A stretch of 64,000 nt of DNA from Acidobacteriota bacterium (GTDB lineage: Bacteria; Acidobacteriota; UBA890; WLXD01), in assembly GCA_965205505.1 (NCBI GenBank), contig CBDBHB010000008.1:288001-352000 (forward strand), given 5' to 3'. This document shows, in pieces, positions 62,202 to 64,000 of the stretch. A program made the position numbers and the translations under genes. Each line of letters begins with the position of its first letter. The first letter of the stretch is position 1. Below the pieces are notes generated by a model. That model saw nothing but the letters and a program-made list of their open reading frames with translations. It was not told the DNA's origin and did not search any database.

Positions 62202-62263
62202 TAGTGCCCAAGGAGGGACTTGAACCCCCACGGGCCGAAGCCCGCTAGGTCCTGAACCTAGTG
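62202..62263 (-). tRNA. 3' fragment of tRNA-Leu(CAG), probable att site
   Basis: Anticodon arm CTAGG-TTCAGGA-CCTAG, variable arm CGGGC-TTCG-GCCCG, T-loop GTTCAAGTCC, acceptor 3' strand; D-arm and 5' acceptor strand absent. Confidence 0.8.
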
Positions 62264-62492
62264 AGAGGGCGCGGGCGCGGGCGGTTCCCTGCTCGGTGTC
62301 TCGACGACTGCGTGCACGGAACACACAGGCAACGACGTGGCCACCGGTCCGGCACCTAGAGCAAGGCTTTAGCTGCGCGAGCCGATGGCCGGACGGGATA
62401 AGCTCGAAACCTTGGGCAAGGTGTCACGGGCTCGCGCGGCGACACCTCAAGGTCCCAGTGGACTCCGAGCACACGGTACACGCGGAGGTAAC

Positions 62493-64000
62493 ATGAGCGA
62501 AGGTGGGCACAAGAAACACGGGGATGACGGGCGGATCAAGGTCAGCCGTCGCGACTTTGCCAAGACCTCAGTGGCGGCGGGTGCCGCGGCGGTCGCGCTG
62601 CCCGGTGCCGTGCGCGCGGAGACATCGAAGAGCGCCAAGCTGGCCTCGCTCCGCTCGAGAGCGGTGGAGAATCGGCCTGCCGCGCGCCGGATCACGCCGC
62701 CGCGGCAGGCCGTCGGATACGGCGGCAGCGGTGCTGCACGCAACGACGGCAAAGCCTCCAAAACGGAGAAGGTGTATCCGGGCGGCTGGCAACCGGGCAC
62801 CACGATCCCGGCAGAGTACTACCTCCAAGAGGAGCACTACCTACGCGACGAGGCGTTCCTCAAAGAGAACCTGTGGCTGTTCGCCGATCACGTCGACCGG
62901 ATCCCGAACCCCGGCGACTACTTCGTGTACCAGTTCGGTCGTGCCGAGAGCGTCATCATAGTGCGCAACCCGGCAGGCGAGATCAAAGCGTTCCACAACG
63001 TCTGCCGCCACCGCGGCTCGCGCCTTTGTCGTCACGATGCCGACCCGATCCCCGACGATCCGCGCCTGTCAGTCAAGCAGCTCGGGCAGATGGGCAACAG
63101 CCCGGTGTTTCGCTGCCCGTATCACGCCTGGACGTACGACACGGACGGCACCCTGATCCACGCTTACGGCATGCAGGAGGACTTCGATCCGGCCGACAAC
63201 GGCCTCGTTCCGTGCCACCTGCGGGTGTCCGAGGGCATGATCTTCGTGCATCTGACGCAGGCGTTGGAACCACCCGACTTCGACGAGCAGGTCGGTAACG
63301 ATATCCATCCGGTGCTCAGCTACTACGGCAGCGCCGAGCTGAAGGTCGCGGTTCGCGAGCAGTATCCGATCCACGGTAACTGGAAGCTGGCGCTGGAGAA
63401 CTTCCTTGAGTGCTACCACTGTGGCCCGTCGCACAGGTCGCTGGTCACGACGCACAACTGGGACCAGGAGATGCCGCGCAGGCATCGCACCCAGCGTAAC
63501 GCGCAGGTGGCCGAGTGGGTCACGCAGGAGGGCAAGCGCGTCATCTCCAACGATGGCGGCATGGGCGGCGCGGAGTACGAGTCGAGCATGGGCGGCAGTC
63601 TGAACCCCGGCTTCATGACCGGCTCACTGGACGGCAAGCCGGTGGCGCCGCTGCTGCCGAATATCAAGGAGTGGACGTACGGCACGCGCGTCACCGGCAC
63701 ACGGTGGTCGCAGTTCTACGTGCAGGCTTACGACGACCATCTGGGCATCGCTCGCTTCACGCCGCGCGATCCCGAGCACACCGACTGCGAGCTGATCTGG
63801 CTAGTGCACCCGGACGCCGTCGAGGGCCACGACTACGATCCCGAGAGGGTCAAGGCCCTGTGGCACATCACCATCCAGGAGGACATCTGGGTGGTGGAGA
63901 ACAACCACGCCGGGGTTCGCTCTGGAGCCTACGGAGCTGGGCGCTACGCCCGCAGCGAGGGTGGCCCGAGGGGCTTCATCAGGTGGTACATGAACCAGCT
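62493..64000 (+). CDS. Rieske non-heme iron oxygenase alpha subunit with Tat signal (runs off the window)
   Basis: Own translation: GGAGGT RBS; SRRDFAK; CRH...CPYH Rieske motif; NWKLALENFLECYHCGPSH iron site; QED. Confidence 0.9.
   Translation, partial: MSEGGHKKHGDDGRIKVSRRDFAKTSVAAGAAAVALPGAVRAETSKSAKLASLRSRAVENRPAARRITPPRQAVGYGGSGAARNDGKASKTEKVYPGGWQPGTTIPAEYYLQEEHYLRDEAFLKENLWLFADHVDRIPNPGDYFVYQFGRAESVIIVRNPAGEIKAFHNVCRHRGSRLCRHDADPIPDDPRLSVKQLGQMGNSPVFRCPYHAWTYDTDGTLIHAYGMQEDFDPADNGLVPCHLRVSEGMIFVHLTQALEPPDFDEQVGNDIHPVLSYYGSAELKVAVREQYPIHGNWKLALENFLECYHCGPSHRSLVTTHNWDQEMPRRHRTQRNAQVAEWVTQEGKRVISNDGGMGGAEYESSMGGSLNPGFMTGSLDGKPVAPLLPNIKEWTYGTRVTGTRWSQFYVQAYDDHLGIARFTPRDPEHTDCELIWLVHPDAVEGHDYDPERVKALWHITIQEDIWVVENNHAGVRSGAYGAGRYARSEGGPRGFIRWYMNQ

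Noticed and set aside
62202-62263. Functional tRNA-Leu
   Set aside because: D-arm and 5' acceptor strand are missing

Overview
High-GC bacterial chromosome segment. The PadR plus duplicated orphan ABC permease pair, the DUF1592/DUF1552/ankyrin operon and the kinase-TolB genes suggest an Acidobacteriota-like diderm (inference). Most genes are secreted or periplasmic hydrolases and oxidoreductases, transporters, citrate synthase and a two-component system. The best candidate novel system is a compact five-gene operon at 15552-19357: a 107-aa Gly/Ala-rich precursor with a Sec-like leader, SpoIIM/DUF95, a Yip1-like protein, an ABC ATPase and a DUF5687-like permease. This is the gene set of head-to-tail cyclized bacteriocin clusters, here in an apparently Gram-negative host. 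Other notable items: a family of about 280-bp MITE-like elements whose YTAG ends coincide with stop codons, three truncated Ser/Thr kinase stubs sharing a conserved leader, a Tat-signal-bearing Rieske oxygenase, a tRNA-Leu fragment that looks like an att site, and IS6-like ends. About eight genes carry single-base frameshifts, which are either read errors or recent pseudogenisation. All family assignments are by motif recognition by eye; no searches were run.
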